A stretch of 64,000 nt of DNA, from IMG/VR virus record IMGVR_UViG_3300028888_000049. One strand, given 5' to 3'. Origin of the DNA: a virus (lineage: Duplodnaviria > Caudoviricetes). Shown in pieces: positions 47,452 through 57,815 of the stretch (its first letter is position 1; each line of letters opens with the position of its first letter). Both the position numbers and the translations under genes were made by a program. Below the pieces are notes generated by a model. It made no database searches. It worked only from the letters and a program-made list of their open reading frames with translations, and was not told the DNA's origin.

Positions 47452-48081
47452 TTAATCTATCCAATCAATTTCTGGTAAGCCATTATAAGTATTATCCCAA
47501 ATAAACCAAGCATAGCAAGTAGCAGATGATCCATTCTTAAATGTTCCTCCATTTTTACCACAAGCTTGTCTATTAACATGTACCCATATATGCTTTAATT
47601 TGCCATTATTAAATAATTCTTTCCTCTTTTTGGTTTCTAGAAATGTCAATTTTAAAAACATAATGCAAATACCATCATTATCTAATAATTCTAATGATTT
47701 TTCAACAAATTCTCGTGAGTAGGCATACGGAGGGTTAGTCATAATACATTTACAATAAGGTTTATATTCTTTTGGTAAATTATCTGGAGTTATTGTAAGA
47801 AAGTTAACGTCACCTTCACCATATCCTCTTCCTATAAGATCAGTAGATAATACGGTATGACCTTCTGTCTCTAATATTTTAGAAATAGCACCATCTCCAG
47901 CAGCACATTCCCAAATTTTATCTGGTAAAACGAAATTACGTTCTTTACATTTCTTTAAAAACAACTGTACTGATTCTGGATGTGTACTATAAAAGTCATT
48001 TGTAGCTACTTCTGACTCTTTGCCTCTGTGATTACAAGCATAAATACTAGAATTTCCAGTCCAATCTTTATTATTAACCAT
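47452..48081 (-). CDS. amino-type (N6-A/N4-C) DNA methyltransferase
   Basis: WECAAGDG SAM motif, TNPPY. Confidence 0.85.
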   Translation of the reverse strand: MVNNKDWTGNSSIYACNHRGKESEVATNDFYSTHPESVQLFLKKCKERNFVLPDKIWECAAGDGAISKILETEGHTVLSTDLIGRGYGEGDVNFLTITPDNLPKEYKPYCKCIMTNPPYAYSREFVEKSLELLDNDGICIMFLKLTFLETKKRKELFNNGKLKHIWVHVNRQACGKNGGTFKNGSSATCYAWFIWDNTYNGLPEIDWID

Positions 48082-48090
48082 TTTTAACTC

Positions 48091-48312
48091 CTATTTATAT
48101 TTATTATGATCCCATTTTTCAAAGATAGTAGATAAATCAATATTACTATCTATTTCATTTATAGCAGATTTAGCAATTTTACCATCTAATAATGTTGTAT
48201 GTTCTTCTTTATCACAATCAGCATAAGCCTGTAATGCAATAATGGCTTTTGCTAAACTCCATTCTATATCATTTATTCGATCTACCATCCAATCTTTATA
48301 TTCATTACTCAT
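48091..48312 (-). CDS. hypothetical protein
   Basis: Operon ORF. Confidence 0.55.
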   Translation of the reverse strand: MSNEYKDWMVDRINDIEWSLAKAIIALQAYADCDKEEHTTLLDGKIAKSAINEIDSNIDLSTIFEKWDHNKYK

Positions 48313-48552
48313 TTAACTTTCTCCTTCATTATCGTTTTCTTCAGTTGCCATAGTTATACAATCTTTCCAACAATAACCAATAGCAAGTAACATTACTGCT
48401 TTATCCATAAAAATTCTTTTACATTCTTTAGTTTTTACAAAATTATTATCATCTTCTAATTGCTCATAACAACTAGAACAATAAAATTTACCAGAAGTTA
48501 ATTTGTTGTAATGAATACATCTTCTACAGTGTTCTTTATAATTTTCAGACAT
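48313..48552 (-). CDS. Cys-rich small protein
   Basis: Operon ORF. Confidence 0.55.
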   Translation of the reverse strand: MSENYKEHCRRCIHYNKLTSGKFYCSSCYEQLEDDNNFVKTKECKRIFMDKAVMLLAIGYCWKDCITMATEENDNEGES

Positions 48553-48569
48553 TATTTTATCCCTTATAG

Positions 48570-49760
48570 CTAAAAAACATCGTTAACGTCTAATATATTA
48601 TCCTTTTGTAATCTTATTAATAATTCGTTTAATCTTAAGTCAACATCTTCATCATATCTTATTTCTATTAACTCAATACTGTGAGACTTACAATATTCTC
48701 TCTTTATTTGATCTCTCTTCTGTGCATTTTCAAAAGCTTTCTGTGCTTTATCAATATTACCTTTATTATATGATATATAAAAATCAAAACCTTCTTTATA
48801 ATGTTGTCTACCTTGAAATTCAATACAAATGTTATAATCAGGCAAATAGAAATCAAAATGTAAAACTCTTTTATTTTTACATTCTTTAAAAGTATACTCA
48901 GCTTTATATTTTATACAATTAGTATCTAAAAATTTTGCTATTTTATCTTCATTATGACTAGAAGTACAAAATGGACATCCTTGTCCTCTAACATGATTTT
49001 GCGGAATTTGTTCGAATATCTTTCCACATTTATTACATTTAATTTTTACAGGTATTCTATTATTTATATATTTTACAAGTGAATAATCATATGTATCACC
49101 ATGTACTTTTTTAGCTTGGTTTAAGAATTTAATATCATTATCTTTAAAATTACCATTGCAATATGAACAACCTTGACCTCTAATATGATTATTTGGTGTT
49201 TGTTCAAATATTCTACCGCATTTATTACATTTTATTTTAACACACTTTTTGGCATCTTTATATTCAACTAAAGAATAATCATATTTATTACCATGAACAG
49301 CTTTAGCTTTTTCTATAAATTCTTCTAATGACAATGTCTTTTGTATAGCTCTTAATTTATATGAACAATCTCTGCAACCACTCCCAAATAGTAATGCATT
49401 TGGTGTACTATAAAAATATTTGTTACAAGTTTTACACCAGATTTTAACTTTAGTCTTATAATTTATATACTTGACTTCAGAATAATCATACTTATCGCCA
49501 TGAATTTGTATTAATCTACTTACAAATTCTTCAGTCGTTAATTTTGAATGTTCATGGCTTTTTTTACAATTACATAAAGTACAACCATGTCCGCATAAAT
49601 GTTTTACAGGTTTCTGATAAAAATATTTATTACAGTTTAAGCATTTAATTTTAATGGGAATATTTATACCTTTATATTCCACTTCTGAATAATCATACTT
49701 GTTACCATGTATCTTTTTAGCTTTTTCAATGAATTCTTCTGTTGTAAGTTTCTTACTCAT
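48570..49760 (-). CDS. free-standing homing endonuclease (four YDYS...CxxC repeats plus Vsr/DUF559-like nuclease)
   Basis: FIEKA..HG.KYDYS repeats; FDFYLP...IEFQGRQH...RDQIK. Confidence 0.85.
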   Translation of the reverse strand: MSKKLTTEEFIEKAKKIHGNKYDYSEVEYKGINIPIKIKCLNCNKYFYQKPVKHLCGHGCTLCNCKKSHEHSKLTTEEFVSRLIQIHGDKYDYSEVKYINYKTKVKIWCKTCNKYFYSTPNALLFGSGCRDCSYKLRAIQKTLSLEEFIEKAKAVHGNKYDYSLVEYKDAKKCVKIKCNKCGRIFEQTPNNHIRGQGCSYCNGNFKDNDIKFLNQAKKVHGDTYDYSLVKYINNRIPVKIKCNKCGKIFEQIPQNHVRGQGCPFCTSSHNEDKIAKFLDTNCIKYKAEYTFKECKNKRVLHFDFYLPDYNICIEFQGRQHYKEGFDFYISYNKGNIDKAQKAFENAQKRDQIKREYCKSHSIELIEIRYDEDVDLRLNELLIRLQKDNILDVNDVF

Positions 49761-49761
49761 T

Positions 49762-52700
49762 TTAGCTCAAATCCTTACCTTCAAATTCATCTTGTTCAAT
49801 CAATTCATCAGCATGCTTTTTAAAGTAATAATACTTTCCTTTAAGTACATATAACTGATTTCTGTCAAGTCTTGTTGGAATTAATAAAATCAACTCTTCA
49901 AATGATACTGTACTCATCAACACCGGACTTAATTTCTGACATGATACAAATCGTGAACCATCACTCCAATCTAACTTCTTAATCTGTTTAATTAAAGCTT
50001 CTCGAGTGACACTCTTTCCACTAAACTTTTTCGGTTCAGCAATCTGTTCTTTCAATCTAGGCATATCTTCTAAGATTTCGTCTAAACTGAATACATATTT
50101 TGGTTCACAGTATAATGTTTGCATTTCACCAGTTTTAGGATTAATTACATCGGGTGTTCTTGTATATCTACCCGGCGTAGATACCTGAGCATCCGCTCCA
50201 ACAAATCCTAATTTATGTTGTAAATAATACCATATATTTTTATATTTATTACTTGGTACTGGCTTATCTATTCTTACAACACAGTGATATGATCTATGAC
50301 CACTCCATACAACTCTATATAATTTATCTTTAACTGGTTCTATTAAGTCTTCTTGCTCTTCTTTACTTAAATAATCACATTCAAATAAGAAGTTTTGACA
50401 TACTACTCCTGAATTAGTAGGATATGGACTTATATGATCTTTTAATGGATTTAACGATTGTAAGAAAGCTGGTTCTTCACTCTTATTATAACCTTCATCA
50501 TAATATGGTCCAAAAATTTCTTCAGCATCTAATAAATTCTTAGCAAAATTAATATATTCTTGTGTATTAATCTCTTCCCAAGTCAAAGAATCCAAATCAT
50601 CAATTAACTTCATATGTTGAGTAAAACCATTAATCTTAGATTCAGAATGTACGATTTCTGTTACTTCATTTCCATTCTCATCTAATACTGGTTTACCTTT
50701 TTCATCTTTAACAACTACCTCTTTAGGATTACGACTTATACTTATAAACTCTTCTGTTTCTGGATCATCGGGATATCCTACGATGAATGCTAATGAACGA
50801 CCTTCTAGCTTAGTCTTAGTCTTGGCATCACAAATCTCTCCTAATCCATGTCGTTTATAAATAACATAATCTCTAGGTAATGTATTCTCTAATAATGGTC
50901 TATGAGTAACTAAATTACATAAAATAGTACTTGTAGCCTTACCATACTTTTCATTTGAAAGATAAAAACCTTTAGACTTAACCTTTCCATTCGAAAATTT
51001 ACAATAATAATTATTCACGTTATTTTGTTGTAATAAGTCTATTTCGTCATATTCTAGTACTAATCTTGTTTCTTTAACCCAGTTTTCAGAGATAGGCATA
51101 AAGTCTACATCAGGTTGTCTTTCGATCATGATACCATCTGTATTTGTTTGTATGATATTAAATCCTGCGTTAAATAGTCTTTTTACGAGAATAAACAGGA
51201 GTAGTTGTCCATGAACGCAGATCGTTGAGTTAGACCATGTATCGTATAGAGGGTTGAATTTAGAGAGCATAGCGCCAATTGCTGAGTTTAATACTAGTTT
51301 AAGACCTAAGTTAAGGAGTGTATTTCCTGTGTGTTTGGCTTCAATTCTAGTATGATAAACTTGTTCGTATGAATCAGGGTGGGCGGCAGCACCTCGTGAC
51401 ATTAGGTTGTATTGTATCAGTAATGAGGGGTAAAGTGATGCAACATCCATATTCACGAGGTTAGTACTGCCATATTTAATAAGAGCTTGGTGTAAACCTC
51501 CAAATCCAAACTGGTATAAGTGTCCTTCGTCGTCTCCACCTAGATGTGTTTCGAATTTTTCTTTAATGTAGTCTGGATTTTGTTGGTTTTTGATATAAAA
51601 GTCTAATACGTCTGTTCCAGCTAATTCTTTATATGCAAGTTCTGGAATTGCGTAGTATTGTTTTTGACCATTTACGATTTTATATGTATTTTTGAGATTT
51701 GGTTTAGCATTTTCACCACATAATACTTTGGCTGCGAATGAAGCTGATTTTGTAATAAGTTGTTTAGCTTGCATTTTATATTCTACGATTAAGTTCCATT
51801 TAATATCGTAAGAATCTCTTGCAAATTCTCTCATTTTATATTTTGGATTTTCAGCTTTTTTCTCAAGATCACCTGGCTCTGGTAAGTATAATGATAAGGT
51901 ATTGTCCACGTCCATTGTACAATATCTTTCTACTTCTTCTCTTTGTTCTTGTGTTAGTGGTGTTTGAATATCGAATGGTACAGCTGAATCGTAGTTCTTT
52001 CTATTAAGTACTGACATAGTAAGTTTCTTAAGTGAGTTTCTACGAATATCAAATGGACCATGTAAAGATATATCCCATGATAAAAAGTTAGGAGGAGTTA
52101 CATCTTCAATGATTTCACCTTTTTCATTATAGTTTATACCATCTTGTGTTCTTACAATAGTCCATTTAGCAGCTAATTCTGGAAATTTATTAGGATTTTG
52201 ATCATAGATTAATGCATCAGAAAATTCTTTGACTGTAGGTGTACCTTGAACTGTATATGGATAGATCATAGCATGTTTAATTACAGCATCATCATATCCG
52301 CTATTATTAAATCCTATTAAGATTTTATTCTTTATCCATTTTCTTAATGTATCACCATCATTCCAACATACTACTTTATTCTTTCTATCTAATGTCATAG
52401 CTACAAATAGCCAATCATATTTGAATACTTCAATATCGTAAATCCATTCATATCTAACACCAGAATTATAATTTTCTCTTTTTATTTGTTTTTCTGATAG
52501 ATTAGATCTAATATATGGAATGTATGCATTATGATACCATTTAGAATACCATTCAGAAGATTCTCCATTTGGATGTTTTTCATCTCCATAGAAAGTCCAG
52601 CTTTTACGATCTCTATCTATATGATTAGCTTCATCTTCAGTAATTGTTTTAATTGGTATAATTTTTCCTGTACTATCTCTAAATTTAAATGTATTAATAA

Positions 52701-53523
52701 TTGTATCTAGATCTTCACTATAGACAGGTACAGTAGTAAATATCTTTTTTAATATATTTTTTCTTTCTAATTTAAGTTCGTCATCATCATTTTTACAACA
52801 ATCATCATCTGAACAATAAATTAATTCTACATCAGTATAACTATCATATACTTTACAATATTCAGTTAAATGTGTTGTAGGATTTAGTTTCATATTATAT
52901 CTAAACCCTTTAATAGCATTCATATCATATAATAAGCATATGGTTTCTAATTTTCTTATAAATTGTTTTGTATCACAATATGGAGATGTCTTAATATTTA
53001 CTGCAATATTAGTATTATTTAGAATTTGTGCAATGTCTGTATAATTATCATCTACTTCAGGTAATATAACATATGGAAATTTAAGATCTACTTTACCTGT
53101 AATTCTTGTATCAAAAACACTAAGACCTTTATTATCTTTATCAAAAAATAAACTTCTAACAGCTAAATTAGTAGATTTATAATAATCAGCATCAAAAGCT
53201 TCAAAAGCAGATTGTCCAATAAATGCAACTATAAGTTTACTAAAATCAATAGTACCTTTTTGTGCATAATATTCTAATATATTAAAGAATACATATCTAG
53301 CAAAATCAGTACCTCTAGCATCATTTACATACGTTACATGCGTTTCAGCAGATTTAAACTTACTCTGAAATACCCTATTTAAGTATGACATACCTTTAAC
53401 AGAATCAAAAATTTCTTTCTTATCATGTTCTAACGGTTTGTCAGCAATAAGAATTAATTTTGGTCCTAATGAACATTCATATTCTTTAATATCTCTTGGT
53501 ATAAACTTAACTTGATCTGCCAT
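49762..53523 (-). CDS. family B DNA polymerase with C-terminal AEP/primase-like domain and N-terminal extension
   Basis: Exo DIE, FNNSGYD, YCTMD; Pol DVASLYPS, KLVLNS, NTDG; C-term FECD...SGHRSYH...D...RTP. Confidence 0.9.
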   Translation of the reverse strand: MADQVKFIPRDIKEYECSLGPKLILIADKPLEHDKKEIFDSVKGMSYLNRVFQSKFKSAETHVTYVNDARGTDFARYVFFNILEYYAQKGTIDFSKLIVAFIGQSAFEAFDADYYKSTNLAVRSLFFDKDNKGLSVFDTRITGKVDLKFPYVILPEVDDNYTDIAQILNNTNIAVNIKTSPYCDTKQFIRKLETICLLYDMNAIKGFRYNMKLNPTTHLTEYCKVYDSYTDVELIYCSDDDCCKNDDDELKLERKNILKKIFTTVPVYSEDLDTIINTFKFRDSTGKIIPIKTITEDEANHIDRDRKSWTFYGDEKHPNGESSEWYSKWYHNAYIPYIRSNLSEKQIKRENYNSGVRYEWIYDIEVFKYDWLFVAMTLDRKNKVVCWNDGDTLRKWIKNKILIGFNNSGYDDAVIKHAMIYPYTVQGTPTVKEFSDALIYDQNPNKFPELAAKWTIVRTQDGINYNEKGEIIEDVTPPNFLSWDISLHGPFDIRRNSLKKLTMSVLNRKNYDSAVPFDIQTPLTQEQREEVERYCTMDVDNTLSLYLPEPGDLEKKAENPKYKMREFARDSYDIKWNLIVEYKMQAKQLITKSASFAAKVLCGENAKPNLKNTYKIVNGQKQYYAIPELAYKELAGTDVLDFYIKNQQNPDYIKEKFETHLGGDDEGHLYQFGFGGLHQALIKYGSTNLVNMDVASLYPSLLIQYNLMSRGAAAHPDSYEQVYHTRIEAKHTGNTLLNLGLKLVLNSAIGAMLSKFNPLYDTWSNSTICVHGQLLLFILVKRLFNAGFNIIQTNTDGIMIERQPDVDFMPISENWVKETRLVLEYDEIDLLQQNNVNNYYCKFSNGKVKSKGFYLSNEKYGKATSTILCNLVTHRPLLENTLPRDYVIYKRHGLGEICDAKTKTKLEGRSLAFIVGYPDDPETEEFISISRNPKEVVVKDEKGKPVLDENGNEVTEIVHSESKINGFTQHMKLIDDLDSLTWEEINTQEYINFAKNLLDAEEIFGPYYDEGYNKSEEPAFLQSLNPLKDHISPYPTNSGVVCQNFLFECDYLSKEEQEDLIEPVKDKLYRVVWSGHRSYHCVVRIDKPVPSNKYKNIWYYLQHKLGFVGADAQVSTPGRYTRTPDVINPKTGEMQTLYCEPKYVFSLDEILEDMPRLKEQIAEPKKFSGKSVTREALIKQIKKLDWSDGSRFVSCQKLSPVLMSTVSFEELILLIPTRLDRNQLYVLKGKYYYFKKHADELIEQDEFEGKDLS

Positions 53524-53540
53524 TTTTACCCCTCATTTAT

Positions 53541-53594
53541 AAAAAAGAAAAGTAGTAGAATAGAATATTGGCAAAAACTACTCTACTACTCTCA
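53541..53594 (-). terminator. intrinsic terminator after gapR
   Basis: agtagtagagtag...ctattctactact plus T run. Confidence 0.65.
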
Positions 53595-53605
53595 CCACCA
53601 GCCAA

Positions 53606-53857
53606 CTACTCTAAACCAACAGCCTTTTCATAAGTAGCAAACAATAACTCTTCTTCTTCACGTTGCTGCTTATTTTTACGGCGCTGCTTGATAACGTGAT
53701 TAATGGCTTTTGGATCAAACCCTGCCGACTTTGCTTCCAACAAAATATCTTTACGATCTTGTTTCATTTCGCCAATTTCATCATCTACACGCTCGATACG
53801 CTCAATGATTGTCTTTAAACGCTTTGAATCCATTCCACCAACTTCAGTTTCTGACAT
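53606..53857 (-). CDS. gapR: GapR/DUF2312 nucleoid-associated protein
   Basis: RLKTIIERIER...KDILLEAKSAGFDPK...R...REEEE...YEKAVG. Confidence 0.88.
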   Translation of the reverse strand: MSETEVGGMDSKRLKTIIERIERVDDEIGEMKQDRKDILLEAKSAGFDPKAINHVIKQRRKNKQQREEEELLFATYEKAVGLE

Positions 53858-53959
53858 TTTATTATCCTTTTTAAAAAATTAACTATCTTACATTTATATA
53901 GAAGTATAAATATTTTACTACTTTTCAAATTATTTTAAATTAATCTTCCAAATAGTTTA

Positions 53960-55066
53960 TTATTCACCTTCTTTATATTCACCTGTTATTGGATCAAACT
54001 CTTCTTCCTCAGATTCAGTATCTTCACTAGATGTATCTTCAAAAGATTTCATAACAAAATCTTTAACTTTTGCTGTAAAATCTTCTAATAATTCGGGTTG
54101 ACTCTTTAACCATAACAAAGCTTTGTCTTTACCTTGTGCTACGTTTTCACCATTATATTTAAACCAAGCACCAGATTTTTCTACTAATCCGAATTTAACA
54201 GCATAATCTAATACTTCTTCTTCTTTAGAAATACCTTTACCAAAACGAATAATAAAATTAGCTGTCTTAAATGGCGGAGCAACTTTATTCTTAATCACTT
54301 TAACTTCAGTCTCACGCGCTATTGCCATAGCATCATCACCTTTTCCTTCTTTGATTTGAGACTTACCAGCAATACGCATACGAACAGAAGAATAAAATTG
54401 CAAAGCCATTCCACCTGTTGTCGTTTCTGGATTACCAAACATAACACCAATTTTCATACGGATTTGGTTAACAAACAAACATAAGCAATTAGCTTCATTC
54501 GCCATCGCAGCAATTTTCTTTAATCCAGAAGACATTAAACGAGCTTGAGTGCCAATGAAGTTGTCACCAACCTCTCCATTCAATTCAGCTTTAGTTCTTG
54601 CTGCTGTTACACTATCAAAAATGATTACATCAACAAGTTTATTAGTTAATAATTCAACAATCATATTGAAACCGTCTTCTATGCAAGAAGGCTGTGAAAA
54701 AATAAGATTATTAAGATCAACACCTAAAGCTTTAGCATAGTTTGCATCGAAGGCGTTTTCGAAATCCAAGTAACAGACCGATAATCCTTTTTTCTGAGCT
54801 TCACTGCAAACCTGTAAACAAACTGTTGATTTACCACTTGATTCTGGTCCATAAATTTCACAGATACGTCCAAGTGGTAAACCTCCTACACCTAATGCTA
54901 AATCTAAAGAAATACTACCAGTTGAAACAACATCGACTTTTTTAATTTCGGTATTATTAAAAGTCATAGCTGATCCATCGCCAAATTTACTATTTAAAAG
55001 CTTAAGTGCAGCTTGAATCTTATTATTTCCTGCAGTTTCTTCTACTTTTTCAGCTTTTTTAGCCAT
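53960..55066 (-). CDS. recA: recombinase RecA
   Basis: GPESSGKS, QARLMS, NQIRMKIGVMFGNPETTTGG, KNKVAPPF. Confidence 0.97.
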   Translation of the reverse strand: MAKKAEKVEETAGNNKIQAALKLLNSKFGDGSAMTFNNTEIKKVDVVSTGSISLDLALGVGGLPLGRICEIYGPESSGKSTVCLQVCSEAQKKGLSVCYLDFENAFDANYAKALGVDLNNLIFSQPSCIEDGFNMIVELLTNKLVDVIIFDSVTAARTKAELNGEVGDNFIGTQARLMSSGLKKIAAMANEANCLCLFVNQIRMKIGVMFGNPETTTGGMALQFYSSVRMRIAGKSQIKEGKGDDAMAIARETEVKVIKNKVAPPFKTANFIIRFGKGISKEEEVLDYAVKFGLVEKSGAWFKYNGENVAQGKDKALLWLKSQPELLEDFTAKVKDFVMKSFEDTSSEDTESEEEEFDPITGEYKEGE

Positions 55067-55116
55067 TTTTTATCTCCTTTTTATTGTAGATATTATATAG
55101 AATTACTTTTTTGAGT

Positions 55117-56229
55117 CTAATTTTGGGAAAAAAGTTCCATTTCTAATCTTTTTTCGATATTTTCATCATATTTTATTTCAACAAGCTTAATATTATGCTC
55201 TTTACAATAATCACGCTTAATTTTATCGTGTTTTTGTTGTATTTTAAATTTTAATATAGCTTTATCATCATCTTTTAATTTACCTTTAAAATACCATGGA
55301 GAATAATGTTGAGCACCTTGAAATTCAATACAAATATTATAAGTAGGTAAATAAAAATCAAATGGTAATGACCTTTTATCTTTACAATCTTTAAATCTTT
55401 TTTCGGAAATATATTCTACATTATGATTTTTCAAATATTCTGATATAAATTCTTCCTTTTTACTTCTAGTACATTTTGGGCAACCAAATCCATTTAAATG
55501 ATTACCAACTTTTTGCCAAAAATTATTACCACATTTATTACAATGAATAAAAATATAACCTTCTTTATTATCAGGGTAAATTGATTTTGAATAATCATAT
55601 TTATTACCATGTATTTTTTTGGCTTTTTCTATAAATTCATTTATATTACTTCTTAGTTTAAGTCTTGCACTATTTCTAGCACATTTTGGACAACCTCCTC
55701 CACGAAGCAATTCACTAGGAGTAGTATAAAAGAATTCTTTACATGTATTACACCAAACTTTACCTTTTATTTTTGCTCCTTTATATTCAAATTCAGTAAA
55801 GTCATATTTATCTCCATGAATTAATTTAACTTCTTTTATGAATTGTTCTTTTGTTTTTCTATTTGGATGTATTTTTTCAGGAGTACAATTAGGACATTCT
55901 TTTTGACCCTGATAAAATAAATACGCTTTTATTTTAAATTCTGTACCACAATTATTACATTTTATATCAATTAAATCATTTAACGTATTAAATTTTATTT
56001 TACTATAATCATATTTATCACCATAACGTTTTTTACATTTTTTAATAAATCTACTTAAACTCATATATAAATGAATATCGTTATTAACTCTTGGTATATT
56101 ATACTCTGATAAGTTTTGTCTAATAACTTTTGCACTCGTTTTAAATAATTCAGCTATATTAGATATTGGCAATTTCTGTACAATATATAAATCATATAAT
56201 TGTTCTTTGTCAAGTATTCTTTTACGCAT
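55117..56229 (-). CDS. free-standing homing endonuclease (paralog of 48570..49760)
   Basis: HTH, YDYS/CxxC repeats, FDFYLP...IEFQGAQH. Confidence 0.85.
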   Translation of the reverse strand: MRKRILDKEQLYDLYIVQKLPISNIAELFKTSAKVIRQNLSEYNIPRVNNDIHLYMSLSRFIKKCKKRYGDKYDYSKIKFNTLNDLIDIKCNNCGTEFKIKAYLFYQGQKECPNCTPEKIHPNRKTKEQFIKEVKLIHGDKYDFTEFEYKGAKIKGKVWCNTCKEFFYTTPSELLRGGGCPKCARNSARLKLRSNINEFIEKAKKIHGNKYDYSKSIYPDNKEGYIFIHCNKCGNNFWQKVGNHLNGFGCPKCTRSKKEEFISEYLKNHNVEYISEKRFKDCKDKRSLPFDFYLPTYNICIEFQGAQHYSPWYFKGKLKDDDKAILKFKIQQKHDKIKRDYCKEHNIKLVEIKYDENIEKRLEMELFSQN

Positions 56230-56584
56230 GTTTTTTCTCCTTCCAACAAATAGGACAATTATTACCTTTTAAATGTCTATGCGGAGTTATAGAAAATTCA
56301 TGACCACAATCTTTTTTTATTAATATAACTGGAGTTTCTGAATTTATATATTTTACTTTTGAATAATCATAAAGATCTCCATATTTAGTTTTACTTTTAT
56401 TTATAAATGTAAACGCATTATCTTTATGGCCTCTAGTTTCTTTTTTTATATTTAATTCTTTTAATTTTCTTTGTAAAGTATATGGATGAATTTCTAATAT
56501 TTTTGCTATTTCTTTTAATTCTAAATTTTGATTAATATACAATTCTATGAGTTTATCTTTATCTAATTCAATTTTAGTATTCAT
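56222..56584 (-). CDS. HTH plus single YDYS repeat, nuclease-less endonuclease fragment
   Basis: Mirrors N-terminus of 55117..56229. Confidence 0.65.
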   Translation of the reverse strand: MNTKIELDKDKLIELYINQNLELKEIAKILEIHPYTLQRKLKELNIKKETRGHKDNAFTFINKSKTKYGDLYDYSKVKYINSETPVILIKKDCGHEFSITPHRHLKGNNCPICWKEKKHA

Positions 56585-56680
56585 TTTTATATCCTCATCT
56601 TAAGTCTATAATTATAATTAATAGAACTATTTTATTCCGAGGATTATCGCAGCTTTTTAAATTATTTTTCTGTTTCTAAC

Positions 56681-56716
56681 AAAAAAAAAGATCAACATAT
56701 TTCTACGTTGATCTCT
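56681..56716 (-). terminator. intrinsic terminator after clpP operon
   Basis: gatcaacgt...atgttgatc plus T9. Confidence 0.75.
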
Positions 56717-56758
56717 TCTTTTCATCTATTATTTGGAGGACAATTACGATGAAAATCT

Positions 56759-57049
56759 TTAATGTAATGTTCTTGTTCTATCGTTTTTGGCTTCTTTATA
56801 TTCCTTATAAGCTTTTTTGAAGTCTTCTATATCAATATCACAAGCTTCTGTAATTTTAGCTACAGTTTTTACATAATCTTCAAAGACTTCTTGTAATATT
56901 TGATTAGCGTCATGATATTTATCAATCAAATCTAATGGTTTTGTACGATCAAAGCTATCAAGTTTATATACTTCAGCTAATTTATCTGCTGCTTCATTCA
57001 TTTTAAAGACAGAATCTCTCACAATTTCAATGATTTTATCTTTATTCAT
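56759..57049 (-). CDS. hypothetical helical protein
   Basis: Coupled to clpP. Confidence 0.6.
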   Translation of the reverse strand: MNKDKIIEIVRDSVFKMNEAADKLAEVYKLDSFDRTKPLDLIDKYHDANQILQEVFEDYVKTVAKITEACDIDIEDFKKAYKEYKEAKNDRTRTLH

Positions 57050-57645
57050 TATTTAATTTCCTTACGAGATTTAGTGACGCCGTCTAAACAGCCATACTTA
57101 ATTGCTTCTTTTTCATCCATCCAGAAATCTCTGTCGCAATCTTTTTTTACTTCAGCGACAGTTTTACCACAAGCTTCTGCTATTTGTTTCATACAACGTT
57201 CATTTGTCTTTTGAACATTCTTTAATGAAATTTCCATATCTTGATATTTACCTTCACAACCAGAACTAACTGTATGTAACATAATTTCTGTATTAGGATA
57301 AGCGTATCGATGTCCTTTTTCACCAGAAATAGTAATTAAGGCAGACATAGAAGCTACACAACCCATACATGTGGTATAAACTGGACATGAGATCATTTTC
57401 ATTGTTGAAATAATAGCTTCACCTGCTGTAACTGATCCGCCTGGACCTTGTACAAACATATAAATAGGTGCATTCTTATCTACAGATTCGAGGTGAAGCA
57501 ATTGTGCAACAATCGATTCGGCTAACTCATCCGTCACTGTTCCTGTGCACATTACTATACGATCTTGAAGTAATCGAGTAGTAATATCGATCATTCTTTC
57601 GTTACCGTTTTTATCTTTATGGATAACACCAGGTATATTTAACAT
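57049..57645 (-). CDS. clpP: ATP-dependent Clp protease proteolytic subunit
   Basis: RLLQDRI, PGGSV, ASM (Ser), MLH, RDFWM. Confidence 0.95.
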   Translation of the reverse strand: MLNIPGVIHKDKNGNERMIDITTRLLQDRIVMCTGTVTDELAESIVAQLLHLESVDKNAPIYMFVQGPGGSVTAGEAIISTMKMISCPVYTTCMGCVASMSALITISGEKGHRYAYPNTEIMLHTVSSGCEGKYQDMEISLKNVQKTNERCMKQIAEACGKTVAEVKKDCDRDFWMDEKEAIKYGCLDGVTKSRKEIK

Positions 57646-57657
57646 TATATTTTTCTC

Positions 57658-57798
57658 CTATAAACTTTTGATAAACATAGCTAAAATTATACTTAACAAT
57701 CCCCAACCAAAATATGGTATATGTAAACAACAAAGAATTAATATAAATATAATAATTGCAATAAATAACATTGCTATAAAATCACCAGAGTCAACCAT
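57658..57798 (-). CDS. small two-TM membrane protein (46 aa, not in ORF track)
   Basis: AAGGA RBS; MVDSGDFIAMLFIAIIIF... Confidence 0.55.
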   Translation of the reverse strand: MVDSGDFIAMLFIAIIIFILILCCLHIPYFGWGLLSIILAMFIKSL

Positions 57799-57815
57799 AT
57801 TTACTTCCTTTCTTT

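Noticed and set aside
49762-55066. Inteins in PolB or RecA
   Set aside because: No C...HN splice motifs or LAGLIDADG insert; core motifs are contiguous.
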